From NCBI GenBank assembly GCA_002269645.1, contig NIVC01001379.1:186001-250000 (forward strand): 64,000 nt of DNA, read 5' to 3'. Positions 11,497 through 23,094 of this stretch are shown in pieces. The DNA is from Macrostomum lignano (Eukaryota). The notes under the pieces are model-generated. The model did not search any database. It worked only from the letters and a program-made list of their open reading frames with translations, and was not told the origin of the DNA. Both the position numbers and the translations under genes were made by a program. Every line of letters starts with the position of its first letter. Position 1 is the stretch's first letter.

Positions 11497-11867
11497 GGGG
11501 GGCCGAAGCCCAGCGGTAGCGCAGCTGCTCTGGTGTGCCGCGACCCAGGCTTGATTCTAAGTGCAGTCACATTAATTTGGGGCTGGATTGGAATCTTGGC
11601 TTGGCTTGCTTGTGCAATTAACGGCCTTGAGAGCCAACCCCCCAAGGCGCAGTGAAGTTTACATGCCTAACAATTGATAAAGTTAGGGCCGCTGTACACT
11701 CCTGTGTGAGTGTGTGCCTGCGTATGTATCCACGCGCTTGTATGCCTGCTCAGGGCCCAGGGGAGTTGGCAGAATGGGCAGTAATGCCTCTCGCTGGTTG
11801 TGTGCCAATGATGCTTAAATTGCGCCAGGGTGCACATAACCCCCTGCCTCTAATAAAAAAAATAAAA
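11497..11867 (+). mobile_element. full-length SINE (family 1) inserted into another copy
   Basis: GGGGG start, A/B-box-like head, AATAAA plus A tail; flanked by tactcct(a/g)tgtga (13-bp TSD, 1 mismatch). Confidence 0.85.
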
Positions 11868-11889
11868 TACTCCTGTGTGAGTGTGTACC

Positions 11890-12762
11890 TAGAGCTCGAA
11901 CGGGAGCAGAATTTTCGGGATCGGGCGGGATCGGGATTGAAAATAATTTCGGGATCGGGATTCGGGATTAGTATTCGGGATTTGGGAATCCGGGATCTGG
12001 GAATATATTACTTACTAACTAATGAATCAAGGATTCAAGGATAGTTTTATCTGACTATCTATGCTATTCAGCCTTGATGGTTGATCTAATAGCTCTAGCC
12101 TAATGCCCTAATAGTCAATACTAATTGTCAATTCTTGATCCAGACCCTTTTTGCAAAGTATAGCTAACTTTCGAGCGCCTAAATAAAAAGGAATCAAGAG
12201 CCATTGTAGACTTTTTCTGAAAATAAGAGTTACAAGGTGGCTAAAAATCGCACGTAAGGCGACTGTTCTGCATTAATGTAATATTGAATTGCGTTAGTTA
12301 TACTGCTTTTTTCTTGTAAAATTCTGTTTCTGGAATCGCTTCATGAAAAACGTATTAAACATTCGCCGACACTTATTCAGACACTTCTACAGACACTTTA
12401 GTTTCTGTCGTACGAATCGTAGGAACAAGCATTAAATTTGTTTATTCCTAACAAACTATCATTACTCGTTAGTTCGTTATTTACGAGTACAACTCTTTAC
12501 AAATCTGTTACTAAGTAAAAATCTGCTGCTTTATTTGGTGAATTCAAGGTCAGACTTTCAACATATTTATAGTTGCTGTTACAAAAATTAGCTTAGTATT
12601 GATTACTGCTCTTGATTGTTGAAAGCATCATCTTCATTATTAATCTATTGTGCTCCCGAATCCCGAGTTCTCTAAGCCTTCGGGATCCCGATCCCGAATT
12701 CCCGAAAAATCTTCGGGATCCCGAGAATTCGAGATCGGGATCGGGATCCCGTTCGAGCTCTA
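11890..12762. mobile_element. non-autonomous TIR element (hAT-like termini) with CGGGAT subterminal repeats
   Basis: tagagctcgaacggga ... tcccgttcgagctcta (16-bp TIR); many cgggat/atcccg motifs at both ends; TSD degenerate (gtgtacc on both sides with an offset). Confidence 0.7.
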
Positions 12763-14234
12763 TCAGTGTACCTGCGTACATATCTGCGCACTTGTATGCC
12801 TGCTTAGGGGAGTCGGTAGAATGGGCAGTAATGCCTCTTGCTGGTTGTGTGCCTATGTTACTTAAAGTGCGCCAGGGTGCACACAACCCCCTGCCTCTAA
12901 TAAATAATGGTTATTGCCATAAAATGCTAGACCTATGTTAACTATAGTACAAAAGCCAAATGTGTATAGTATAGGCCTATAAAAGAATATGGCAATCTTG
13001 TAGTTTGTTCTGCATGCCATAGCCATAGGGCTCAATTAATTGTAATTAGGCTATTTTTAACGTTGAATTTGAACAAAAGACTATCATCATATTAGAATAA
13101 TTAGATTAACTTGAAAACTTAATGAAAATCACTTCTTAGGGTGCATTGCATGTGCATGGTAGTATAGACTATAGTATGGTATGTCGACGTCCAATCCAAT
13201 AGACTATTTAAGAGCCTCTTTGAAGAGTTTATTTGGCGCAGTTTTGATTTGCCTTACTTATTTATTTACCCTCTTTAAAGTTTCTAAAGTTACTAATTTA
13301 ACATTAAGTCATTAAACCCTTTGATTGAAACATTAAAAAATTCAATACTCGTAAAAAGTAAGACCCTGAATAAAAATTAATTGACTTGCCTCTATTTGAA
13401 TATTACAAGACATAGTGAAACGTTAGAACAAAGTTTATCATTTTAAATTTATTACACTTGCATGATGAACTTGACGAAAGTGCAAACGGACAAAAAATAT
13501 TTCAACTTTAATTAATATAACAATTTATACTTCTTTTGCTTTGCTCCTAACTGTATTGTCTGACTCAACTCCGACATAGGCGACAACAATTCTAGAGCCA
13601 GAATCATCCCAGAAAAAAGCAGTACCAGGCGCAGCGGAGCCGAGAGGCAGGGTGGGATAATCTTGACTGTGACAGCTTCACACGACCCCCAATGTCCCCA
13701 AGCTTTCCCCGCCTGTTACATACATATGATCCCAATAATTTATCATTTCTCTCCACTGTGCCCCACCCTAATTTTTGTCCAATCACAACGCGGCTGGCGG
13801 TTGACGTCATTGGGGGGGGGGCGGTTGGATACGGAGGTCCAAAGGATAGGTCTTCAGCCCTCAACCCATCCCTCTAGAGCTATTAGGAGCCTGTTTTGAA
13901 TTGAGTCTGATCGGAAAATTTTTTACCTCCTTTATCCTTTACACTTTGCTTGCTGTTCTCTGCGCTTCGTTCGGTCCCTTGTGTCGTTGTTTTCTCTCGA
14001 GACTCAATTCACCTTCCCTGAGAAACTCAGCACCCGAATAACCGCGGGCAACTCTCAATTCCCACCTTTTCTCTGGGTGTGCTTTCACAAGTTTGAAATT
14101 TCGCAAGATCAAAATTTCTAGCAAAGATACTTCTTAAGCTCGAAAATTTCACAATTTCGAAATCTCACAACATCTAAAACTCATTTTTAGCCTGGTCTCC
14201 TCCCCCCATTGCTCACTATTTCCAAGCTAATATT

Positions 14235-14810
14235 CTGTCAACCTATTCCGCTTTAATAATACATGTAAACCGAACTGTTAAGGCCAATAGGAGGGCTAGC
14301 ATACAATTCAGGGCATAGCTATGTACATGCATGTATTCAACTCGTTCTGTTGACTTATTTATCATGAGTTGTGGTATGAAGTGAGTAGCTAGTGAGTGCG
14401 CGTGTCGCAGAGCATGGACTAGAAGCTGAGGATCAGAGTGGAAGATCACAGAGTAGGAACCGAATTTAACCAAATGATCATACTCGTAGCAGTAACAATA
14501 CTTCTAAAAATAAGTCTCGTAGGATGTGCACCATGAGAGAGCTCTGGGACCTGCACTTCCGGCCATCCCATATGCCGTATCAAACTTATCTACCCTGGGA
14601 TCCTGGGGCTTAGGTGCTGGGAATCGTAGTCTAAAACCGCTCACCAGCTAAAAGATCCCCCTATGCAAAAGTCCTCGTTTCCAGCAAAAAACTGGACTGT
14701 CCTTGTATGCCTACAGTCCCTTAATCGGCCATTTCAAGTAGTTGGGGTCAAGAACATTAGTCTGCTCCAGACCGGGAGTGTACTTCTACACAGTGACTGC
14801 ATGGTGGATC
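14235..14810 (-). repeat. unclassified dispersed repeat (second copy at 35230-35697 plus 42733-42890)
   Basis: The reverse complement matches the 35-kb copy, e.g. tttggttaaattcggtt...tcttccactctgatcctcagcttctagtccatgc.ctgcgacacgcgcact. Confidence 0.8.
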
Positions 14811-16304
14811 GATTCTAATTTTACAGAATTTGTGCAGTAGAACCGATCATGCTCCGTTCTAACATGCAACACTGAAACTACAACCTCTGCGTTATGCGAA
14901 AAGCAAATTATGGACGAAAAGTACAGTAACCAGTACCAAGGACCACTGTATATAATGTTATGTAATGGTCCTTGACCAGTACACGTGTATGTTAAAAATA
15001 TTCTGGAATCCGAATTGACAAAGATAGGTATTATGTACAGTACATTTTGGTGTGTTTATAGACTATAATATGGAGATACATTTTTCGCTAGTCCTGCACT
15101 GACTGATTTATTAGTTCATAACTTCATTCTCATACTACTCACAATTTAGTCACAACGGTTCAGCTACATGTACATTAAGTGTAGTGTACATGTATGTATG
15201 GTATAGACAAACAAGCAATATTGAGTAACCTAAGAAGAGCTGTAAAGCGTCCGTAAAGCAATACTGCACGCACAGGAGCGTATTAGGAAAAAACGTCACC
15301 TTTCGAAGACAGATACTGAATTGCAACAGAGCGAAAAGCCCGGGATTATGTGTTAGGGGTAGAATTAAAACGCAAAAATTTGCAGAAAAAAAACAAAAAA
15401 ATTGGTCAGATTGTTTGGAAACGAACGCGGAAGGTGAATCTGCTGTATGCACACATGGGGCGATGGCTATAAATAACAGTACAGTCAAAGCACAGGTTTT
15501 TCCGCGAATTGCGGTGGAATTGAATTCACGGGATGCGTTTTGATTTCTCCAGAGCCGAAAAACCGCGAGGACTTATTATGCAAAAATTGTGATGAAGAAA
15601 CGTGATTATTAATTTTATGAGTAGTCCTTGCGAATACAAAATATCGGTGGGCAATTATCTGGATTGAAAAATTGCTTAAAGCATCAGAAGTCAAAGCAAC
15701 TAATATATCTAAAATTCGGGTATTTTTAGTTAGAAACTAATTCGAGGCATAATTTGCTGCCTCTGTTATACGATTCGAGAATTCCGCCAGCCACCGTAAT
15801 TTTAAATTGGCGCCAAATTTAGATCATTGCATTTTTAATCAAACGTTTTTTTACATGTAATATTCGTTTCGAGTATTAAACTTCAAATTTTAGCGCCAAT
15901 TTTAAAACTAAGCAAAATGTAGTGCAGATTATTGCTTGGGAGAAGAATGGCAAAAAGCAAGTTCAGAAAAAATGATAATAGTAATACGAATGGTTATTAA
16001 AACTGCATAAAGCTGCAATAAATAATTATAAACTCGCTATAAAAATTTGTTGGGCGAGGAAGCTCTTAAAAAGGAGCAAAAGCCAAAACTACTGACTGGC
16101 AGGTACGGTGTAGCATATCATGCATTCAGATGTAATAAAATTCATTAGTTATTCAAAACTTAAACAAATAATCTTCCACCTGGCATACATTACTAAAAAT
16201 TAACAGTAATAAATTGCGAGACACGATCCAATGAGAATTGATGATGTCGGAGAAAACATTTTACTTGTCAATGAAATTTAAAACATGAAGGTCAAGGACT
16301 GTCT

Positions 16305-16700
16305 AACAGCTAGATACCTTATCTAACAGATCCCTTATCTAACAGATCCCTTATCTAACACATTCCTTATCTAACAGATCCCTTATCTAACAGATCCCTT
16401 ATCTAACAGGGCCCTTATCTAACAGATCCCTCATCTAACAGATCCCTTATCTAACAAGTCTCCTATCTAACAGATCCCTTATCTAACAGATCCTTTATCT
16501 AACAGATCCCTTATCTAACAGATCCCTTATCTAACAGATCCCTTATCTAACAGATCCTTTATCTAACAGATCCCTTATCTAACAGTGCCCTTATCTAACA
16601 GATTCCTTATCTAACAGATCCCTTATCAAACAGATCCCTTATCTAACAGGTCCTTATCTAACAGGTCCCCTTTATAACACGTCCCCTATCTAACAGGTAG
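16305..16700. repeat. 16-bp minisatellite (agatcccttatctaac)n
   Basis: Tandem units visible. Confidence 0.9.
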
Positions 16701-16957
16701 CATTTAAAATTCGGTTTGAAAATCAAACAAAATACTTGGACAAAATACTTTGATTTCACAGACGTAAAGAATTAAATACATTGTCTTAACAACCGGGGGA
16801 GAAAATGACAAACGAAAATAATGAGTGGTGCACTGAAAAATAGCATTGGTGCATCGGCAGCGAATCGGGTTATCGGAAACAATGACCTTTGTACATACTT
16901 TTGTAAACTGAACACGTATTTGCTGTGTTCTAAATTATCATATCCTACTCAAACTAG

Positions 16958-17103
16958 AAATCCAGCGGAATTAAATTCCCCCCTAATGCGAGACTAGCAA
17001 TCCAGTGGAATTAAATTCCCCCCTAATGCGAGACTAGAAATCCAGTGGAATTAAATTCCCCCCTAATGAGAGACTAGCAATCCAGTGGAATTAAATATCC
17101 CCA
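16958..17103. repeat. 40-bp tandem repeat, 3-4 copies, downstream of the LicD stop codon
   Basis: gactag(a/c)aatccagtggaattaaattccccctaatgcga repeated. Confidence 0.85.
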
Positions 17104-17170
17104 TCACCAGGGTGTCAGACCAGCAATCAGCATGCTGAAGTACAATCGCACTTTTGCCCGTCATTATCTC

Positions 17171-17404
17171 TTACGCTCGCCCGGTGCACGCTGGCGGCCG
17201 GAAGGAGAACTCTCTGAGCACTTTTTCGCCGACTTTGAGCACCTCGGTGACGCGGTCGGCTGTGCTGGTCGCGGTGTACACGAAGGGAAACCGGCTGGCC
17301 AGCCGTGAGCACAGAAGGCTTCTCTGGCGCCAGTGCGGCAGCGGCACCTCCATCACGTGGGAGAAGCCGCGCGATTGACACAGGGTCCAGTTGAAGCCGG
17401 GGTC
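17171..17404 (-). CDS. LicD-family gene exon 3 (terminal)
   Basis: Acceptor GGCTTAG|GAC; DPGFNWTLCQSRGFSHVMEVP...TGRA*. Confidence 0.85.
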   Translation of the reverse strand, partial: DPGFNWTLCQSRGFSHVMEVPLPHWRQRSLLCSRLASRFPFVYTATSTADRVTEVLKVGEKVLREFSFRPPACTGRA

Positions 17405-19922
17405 CTAAGCCGGGGGAGCGATAAAACAGAGTGCTTGCTTAAATTTATTTGTCTTTTGCGATTAAGCTACTGCAAGTAAAAATTTGCGTTTTATAAACTT
17501 TACTGTTCGACTCTGTTAATTAAATTTAGAAAAGAATTTGGCACACATATAATGCGTTTTCATTTGAAGCGTATGAAAATTGAATCAATACTACTGTTTG
17601 GAACATTTTTGTTCGAAATGTATTGCGGATGGGGAAATCTCAAGGCTAACAGGGGGAATTGCTGAGATGTCAAGGCTAACAGGGGGAATTGCTGAGATGT
17701 CAAGGCTAACAGGGGGAATTGCTGAGATGTCAAGGCTAACAGGGGGAATTGCTGAGATGTCAAGGCTAACAGGGGGAATTGCTGAGATTTCGATGTATTC
17801 CATTCTTTGTTGGCTCCCCAAAGGGAGGGGCTGCTGATTGCTAGTTAATCCCCCCCAGTCAAGTCGCCATCCTCAACCCCCCCCCCCAAGAGTCAAACCG
17901 CCACCCCAACCACCCAAGAGTCAAACCGCTACCCCCAACCACCCAAGAGTCAAACCGCTACCCCCAACCACCCAAGAGTCAAACCGCTACCCCCAACCAC
18001 CCAAGAGTAAAACCGCCACCCCCAACCACCCAAGAGTCAAACCGCCACCCCCAACCACCCAAGAGTCAAACCGCTACCCCAATCACCCAAAAGTCAAACC
18101 GCCACCCCCAACCACCCAAGAGTCAAACCGCCACCCCCAACCACCCAAGAGTCAAACCGCACCCCCCTTCGAACCCCCAAGATCCAGTCGCACCCCCCTC
18201 GAACCCCCAAGATCCAGTCGCCCCCCCTCCTCGAACCCCCAAGATCCAGTCGCCGCCCCCCCTCGAACCCCCAAGATCCAGTCGCCGCCCCCCCTCGAAC
18301 CCCCAAGATCCAGTCGCCGCCCCCCCTCGAACCCCCAAGATCCAGTCGCACCCTTAACCTCCCAAAAGTCAAGCCGCACATTCAAATTCCCCCAACCCTC
18401 GAAAAAGCCAAAGGCGCCATCATCTGAACCATCATCAAAATCACCTGAAACTCGGCGCGCATGAAGTCACCGGGCGCGCAGGGCGCCGGAAGCATCATGC
18501 CCTCGTAGGGGCGCAGCTGCAGTGGGAACAGGTCCTTCCGTCGGAAGTAGATGTCACCGTAGTAGGCGTGCCGCAGGTGGCTGGCGTTGTGGCCCTGCAC
18601 GAAGAAGATGTCAACGTAAGGCCAGCGGAATTTGCTCCACGGCTGCAGCAGGAAGGCGTCGGAGTCGGCCCGGAAGAACTTCCACTTACCCAGCGCCGCC
18701 CACTCCATGAAGCGGTACAGACGGTACTCGGGCTCCAGCTGTTTCAGGGCCGCCTCCATCTGCTGGCGCTGCTCGACAAGCACCATCACGTCTGCGGAGT
18801 GAGTGAGCGAATGGTTTATGATTCTTTTTTAAGATACCCGTGTCTTAAGATCCCATGCAGAATCAGCCCCTTACAGATTAGCTTCATGTTCCTACACCCA
18901 ATATCTATGAATATAATTCCAAATGTCATATTTGGGATCTCAGAATCCCCATTTTGAAATTCTTTCTCCCAGATGCCAGGTCCAAGTTTACAGTTTCTGC
19001 TTCAACAGCTCCCCAATCCGAATTCAGAGCTCCCCAATCCGAAATCCCAGCTCCCCAATCCGAAATCAGAGCTCCCCAATCCGAAATCCCAGCTCCCCAA
19101 TTAGAAATCAGAGCTCCCCAATCCGAAATCCCAGCTCCCCTATCCGAAATCCCAGCTCCCCTATCCGAAATCCCAGCTTCCCAATCCGAAATCCCAGCTC
19201 ACCAATCCGAAATCCCAGCTCCCCTATCCGAAATCCCAGCTCCCCTATCCGAAATCCCAGCTCCCCAATCTGAAATCCCAGCTCCCCAATCCGAAATCCC
19301 AGCTCCCCAATCCGAAATCCCAGCTCCCCAATCCGAAATCCCAGCTCCCCAATCCGAAATCCCAGCTCCCCAATCCGAAATCCCAGCTCCCCAATCCGAA
19401 ATCCCAGCTCCCCAATCCGAAATCCCAGCTCCCCAATCTGAAATCCCAGCTCCCCAATCAAAGTTTCAAGCTCCGAGACTTCCGATTCCAGATCCTGAAT
19501 TTTATCCCACCAATCCAGCGTCTTCAGAGCAACTCACCAACGTCGTCATCCCACGGGATGCGTCCGTGATGCCGCAGGCTGCCCAGCAGGGTGCCGGAGC
19601 ACAGGAAGAAGGTCACGTTGGCGTTTTTCATCGCGTCAGCAAAGACGCGCAACACAGAGCGCATCTGCACGGCCTGCTGCTCGGTGACGGGGCTGTAGAA
19701 ATAGTCCTCGGTCTTGAGGTGGCCGGACTGGCTGAGCTGCATGATGAGCACGTAGGTGTTCACCAACAACACAAAGATGTTGATGGAGACGATGGAACGG
19801 GTTGAGATGAAGCGGCCGGTGCGCATCTGGGCGAATCGCTTGAACCAGAGGCGGGCTGCCGTTCGGGCCTCGGCTGCTGAGTCTGCGGCTGCGGCTGCTC
19901 CTGCGACCTCCGGGTCCTTCAT
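17171..19922 (-). CDS. LicD/fukutin-family nucleotidyltransferase-fold protein, type II membrane, 3 coding exons, 321 aa
   Basis: Exons 19922-19538, 18791-18445, 17404-17171 (385+347+234=966 nt; GT-AG, phases 1 and 0). TM segment SIVSINIFVLLVNTYVLIM; family motif SGTLLGSLRHHGRIPWDDDVD spans the splice; WPYVDIFF; FPLQLRPYEG; C-terminal C..RGFSH...C..L...FPFV. Confidence 0.9.
17630..17844 (+). mobile_element. Helitron 3' end carrying a 30-bp minisatellite (5' end not found)
   Basis: Five or so units of caaggctaacagggggaattgctgagatgt (17640-17790), then hairpin CTCCC-CAAA-GGGAG and GATTGCTAG|T, the same last 9 nt as the Helitron ending at 60152; the unit is related to the 62600-63730 array. Confidence 0.65.
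17885..18365. repeat. two adjacent C-rich ~28-29-bp minisatellites in LicD intron 2
   Basis: ccccaaccacccaagagtcaaaccgc(t/c)a, then ccctcgaacccccaagatccagtcg. Confidence 0.9.
18445..18791 (-). CDS. LicD-family gene exon 2
   Basis: Acceptor CCGCAG|AC, donor CAG|GTGATT. Confidence 0.9.
19010..19460. repeat. 21-bp minisatellite in LicD intron 1
   Basis: (ccagctccccaatccgaaatc)n. Confidence 0.9.
19538..19922 (-). CDS. LicD-family gene exon 1
   Basis: ORF 19524..19922; donor G|GTGAGT. Confidence 0.85.
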
Positions 19923-20039
19923 CTTAGGGAAGCATGCGCGCTGCGCGGGTTTACAGAGGAGAGGTCGAATCAGGTGATGTACGGAATGTCAAACATGTCA
20001 TTAGCATTACAATTGCAACACATAGTAGGATGCAGCAGC

Positions 20040-21065
20040 TGCTCTGAAGCTGCTCTGAAGGTACACTGAAGCTGCTCTGAAGGTCTCTGAAGGAACTCTG
20101 AAGCTGCTCTGAAGGTCTCTGAAGGTACTCTGAAGCTGCTCTCTGATGGTACTCCAAAGCAACTTCAAAGCTACTCCAAAGCTACTCTGAAGCTGCTCTG
20201 AAGGTCTCTGAAGGTACTCTGAAGCTGCTCTCTGATGGTACTCCAAAGCTACTCCAAAGCTACTCCAAAGATACTCCAAAGCTACTCCAAAGCTACTCCA
20301 AAGCTACTCCAAAGATACTCCAAAGCTACTCTGAAGCTACTCCAAAGCTACTCTGAAGCTACTCCAAAGCTACTCTAAAGCTACTCCAAAGCAACTCCAA
20401 AGATACTTCAAAGCTACTCCAAAGCTACTCCAAAGATACTCCAAAGCTACTCCAAAGCTACTCCAAAGCTACTTCAAAGCTACTCTGACTACTCTAAAGC
20501 TGCTCTGAAGCTACTCTGAAGGTACTCCTGAAGCTATTCTGACGCTACTCTGACGCTGCCCTGAATGTACTCTGAAGCTACTCTGAAGCTACTCTGAAGC
20601 TGCCCTGAAGGTACTCTGAAGCTTCTGAAGCTACTCTCAAGCTACTCTCAAGCTACTCTGAAGCTACTCCAAAGATACTCCAAAGCTAGCCCAAAGCTAC
20701 TCCAAAGATACTCCAAAGCTACTCCAAAGCTACTCCAAAGCTACTCTGAAGCTACTCCAAAGCTACTCCAAAGCTACTCTAAAGCTACTCCAAAGCAACT
20801 CCAAAGCTACTCTAAAGCTACTCCAAAGCAACTCCAAAGATACTTCAAAGCTACTCCAAAGCTACTTCAAAGCTACTCTGAAGCTACTCCAAAGCTACTC
20901 CAAAGCTACTCTGAAGCTACTCTAAAGCTGCTCTAAAGCTGCTCTAAAGCTGCTCTGAAGCTACTCTGAAGCTACTCTGAAGCTACTCTGAAGCTGCCCT
21001 GAAGGTACTCTGAAGCTTCTGAAGCTACTCTGAAGCTACTCTGAAGCTGTTCCGAAGCTACTCTG
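20040..21065. repeat. 11-bp minisatellite upstream of the LicD start
   Basis: (ctactccaaag / ctactctgaag)n. Confidence 0.9.
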
Positions 21066-21694
21066 TAGCGACCATTCCGCACTGAGTCTTTCTGATCTGG
21101 CTGCTAGCTAAGTACAGGCACTAGCAAATCAATCATTTTCGCAAACCTCAATTGAGTTAACTCTGCAACTCTTGTCTAGCCTAACGCTGAATACAGTGTG
21201 CCGCTATAACAACAGTCTGCACAGAACTACTGGAAAAATTTCCAATCAACCATCAATCATTCTGCTCCTATACGATGCAACCAAAAAAACTGCCGCATAC
21301 AGAAACGCGGATTTACAATGCATATCCGATCGTGGTAAAGTTCTGCCTTCAGGGTATACAGCACTGCGGTTAGATGAGCAGAGAGTTTCTGTGATTAGAT
21401 TTAGACATTGTTTGCTATAAATGTCGTACTTGCGTGTCTAGACCTTGCGCCGCAAACATCATTAATAGCTTATTTACGACGTAGTTAATTTAAAAATTGG
21501 TACAAGTGGTTAAGCCCTCGTATAGCTCGTATATAAGTAACTTGGGGGGTTGGGTTTAGCGACAGAGTCGCTGTTTTAAGCTGACATCAGTCAAGAAAGC
21601 TCAAATACCAACATCTCTCTACGCCCGCACCCTACCCTTTAGCACTGCTCAGCCTCTCTAACCCACACAAGTGGCAGAAGTTTGCTCACTCCAT

Positions 21695-22004
21695 GGGGGG
21701 ACGTGGCCTGGCGCGGCGCTCTGATGCGCCAGCGGCCCAGGCTCGATTCCAAGTGCAGTCACATTAATTTGGGGCTAAATTGGAATCTTGGCTTGGCTCT
21801 GCTCGTGCAATTAACGCCATTGATGGCCAACCCCCAAGGCACAGTGAAGTGTACATGCCTAACGATAAACAAAGTTAGGGCCGCTGTACACTCCTGTGTG
21901 CTTGTATGCCTGCTCAGGGGAGTCGGCGGAATTGGCAGCAATGCCTCTCGCCGGTTGTGGTGACAATGTCGCTTAAAGTGCGCCATGGTGCACACAGCCT
22001 CTAA
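21695..22004 (+). mobile_element. SINE family 1 copy (diverged, internal deletions)
   Basis: Shares aagtgcagtcacattaatttggggct...gccaacccccaaggcacagtgaag with the other copies. Confidence 0.85.
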
Positions 22005-23094
22005 CTGCAGACTCCGTGCTTACAGATTACTCAAGTTTGACAATTGGTATCACGAAGTCTTGAAACACAAGTTGAGTTGAGTTCACTCAGGCTTGCGCCC
22101 CTGACAAGGCGCCGACTGCGCGTGGCTGCACCAACCGGGGAAAAAGTTTTTTGTTCAATCAGCCGAACAGAAGCGGAGATTTCCTCAACTGAAGGGGAAT
22201 TTGAACAGCTGGCGCACTTGACCCAATCTGATTTGCCAATGTCCGCTAGCTCTGACCACGGAGCTAAGTGCATGCGGAATCAGCTCAAGTCGAGTCGCTC
22301 TACCGACTCTATAACCATACGCATGCAGCCTGTAGCAATGGCCAGCCTAGTGCGCCAAATCCAATCGATCTTCTGAAACAATTCCGGGGAAGACTGGATT
22401 TGGGATCAGCTTGAGATCGAGTGGCCTTCTCTCTTTTGTTTCTTCCCTTCAGACTTTTTTAATCTGAATGTCTTCGCATGCCAGATTTGCTCAAATTTCG
22501 TCTTTCGTCTGGGGGGGGGTTAATCCGTGCACGCAAGCACAGCACTTGCTTTGGTTGAAGAGGGGGAGGGGGTGACGATATGCTCGCTTCCGGTAGAGCA
22601 CCCCTTGCTCCTGTCTGAAATGCACTTTTCCAAACTTGTATTCCCTTTCTATGAATGAATCAGTATGCAGTTTTCTGCTGAATTTTCCGAGAAAGAAAGA
22701 GAAAGAACAAGCTCGAAGAGAAATAGCTTGTCCCAGAAAAAAGCTTTGCGTTGGAGATCTTATAGTTTGGCTTTGTAAGAAAAAATTACTTACTGAATAG
22801 ATTCTTGGCAACTGTTTCACTGTAAAAAGCCCTATTCAAACAATTGCGCTATTCAATGCCACAGCTGTCTTGACAACACGGTTGGCCCCGCGGGAGACAA
22901 GCGCGCTATAGTGCTCAACTCAATGCCCCGAACGAGTCTCAACGAGTCGAGTACGACAGAAATCTGTCCATTTGTGGAATAAAATGGGTTAAATGGGCCA
23001 ACGTGGGGTAATTTCGGTCGAATGGTCAGGAGGCAGAATAACAAAATTATCCAGGCTTATAGGCTCGAAACTGCTATGGAGAAGCCGGAGTAGA

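Larger units (their letters stand above)
11276..12905 (+). mobile_element. tRNA-derived SINE (family 1), interrupted by two insertions
   Basis: 5' part 11276-11496, short middle 11868-11889, 3' part 12763-12905 ending cctgcctctaataaataa; colinear with intact copies at 11497 and 46124. Confidence 0.8.

Noticed and set aside
19941-21075. Extra upstream LicD coding exons (MVAT + CCILLCVAIVMLMTCLTF) separated by the 11-bp array
   Set aside because: Requires weak donors or a frameshift, and exon 1 already has its own ATG and TM anchor, so the upstream hydrophobic stretch is unnecessary.
22044-22376. 110-aa ORF / possible retroelement remnant
   Set aside because: No recognisable motif in any frame; stops interrupt the opposite-strand frames.
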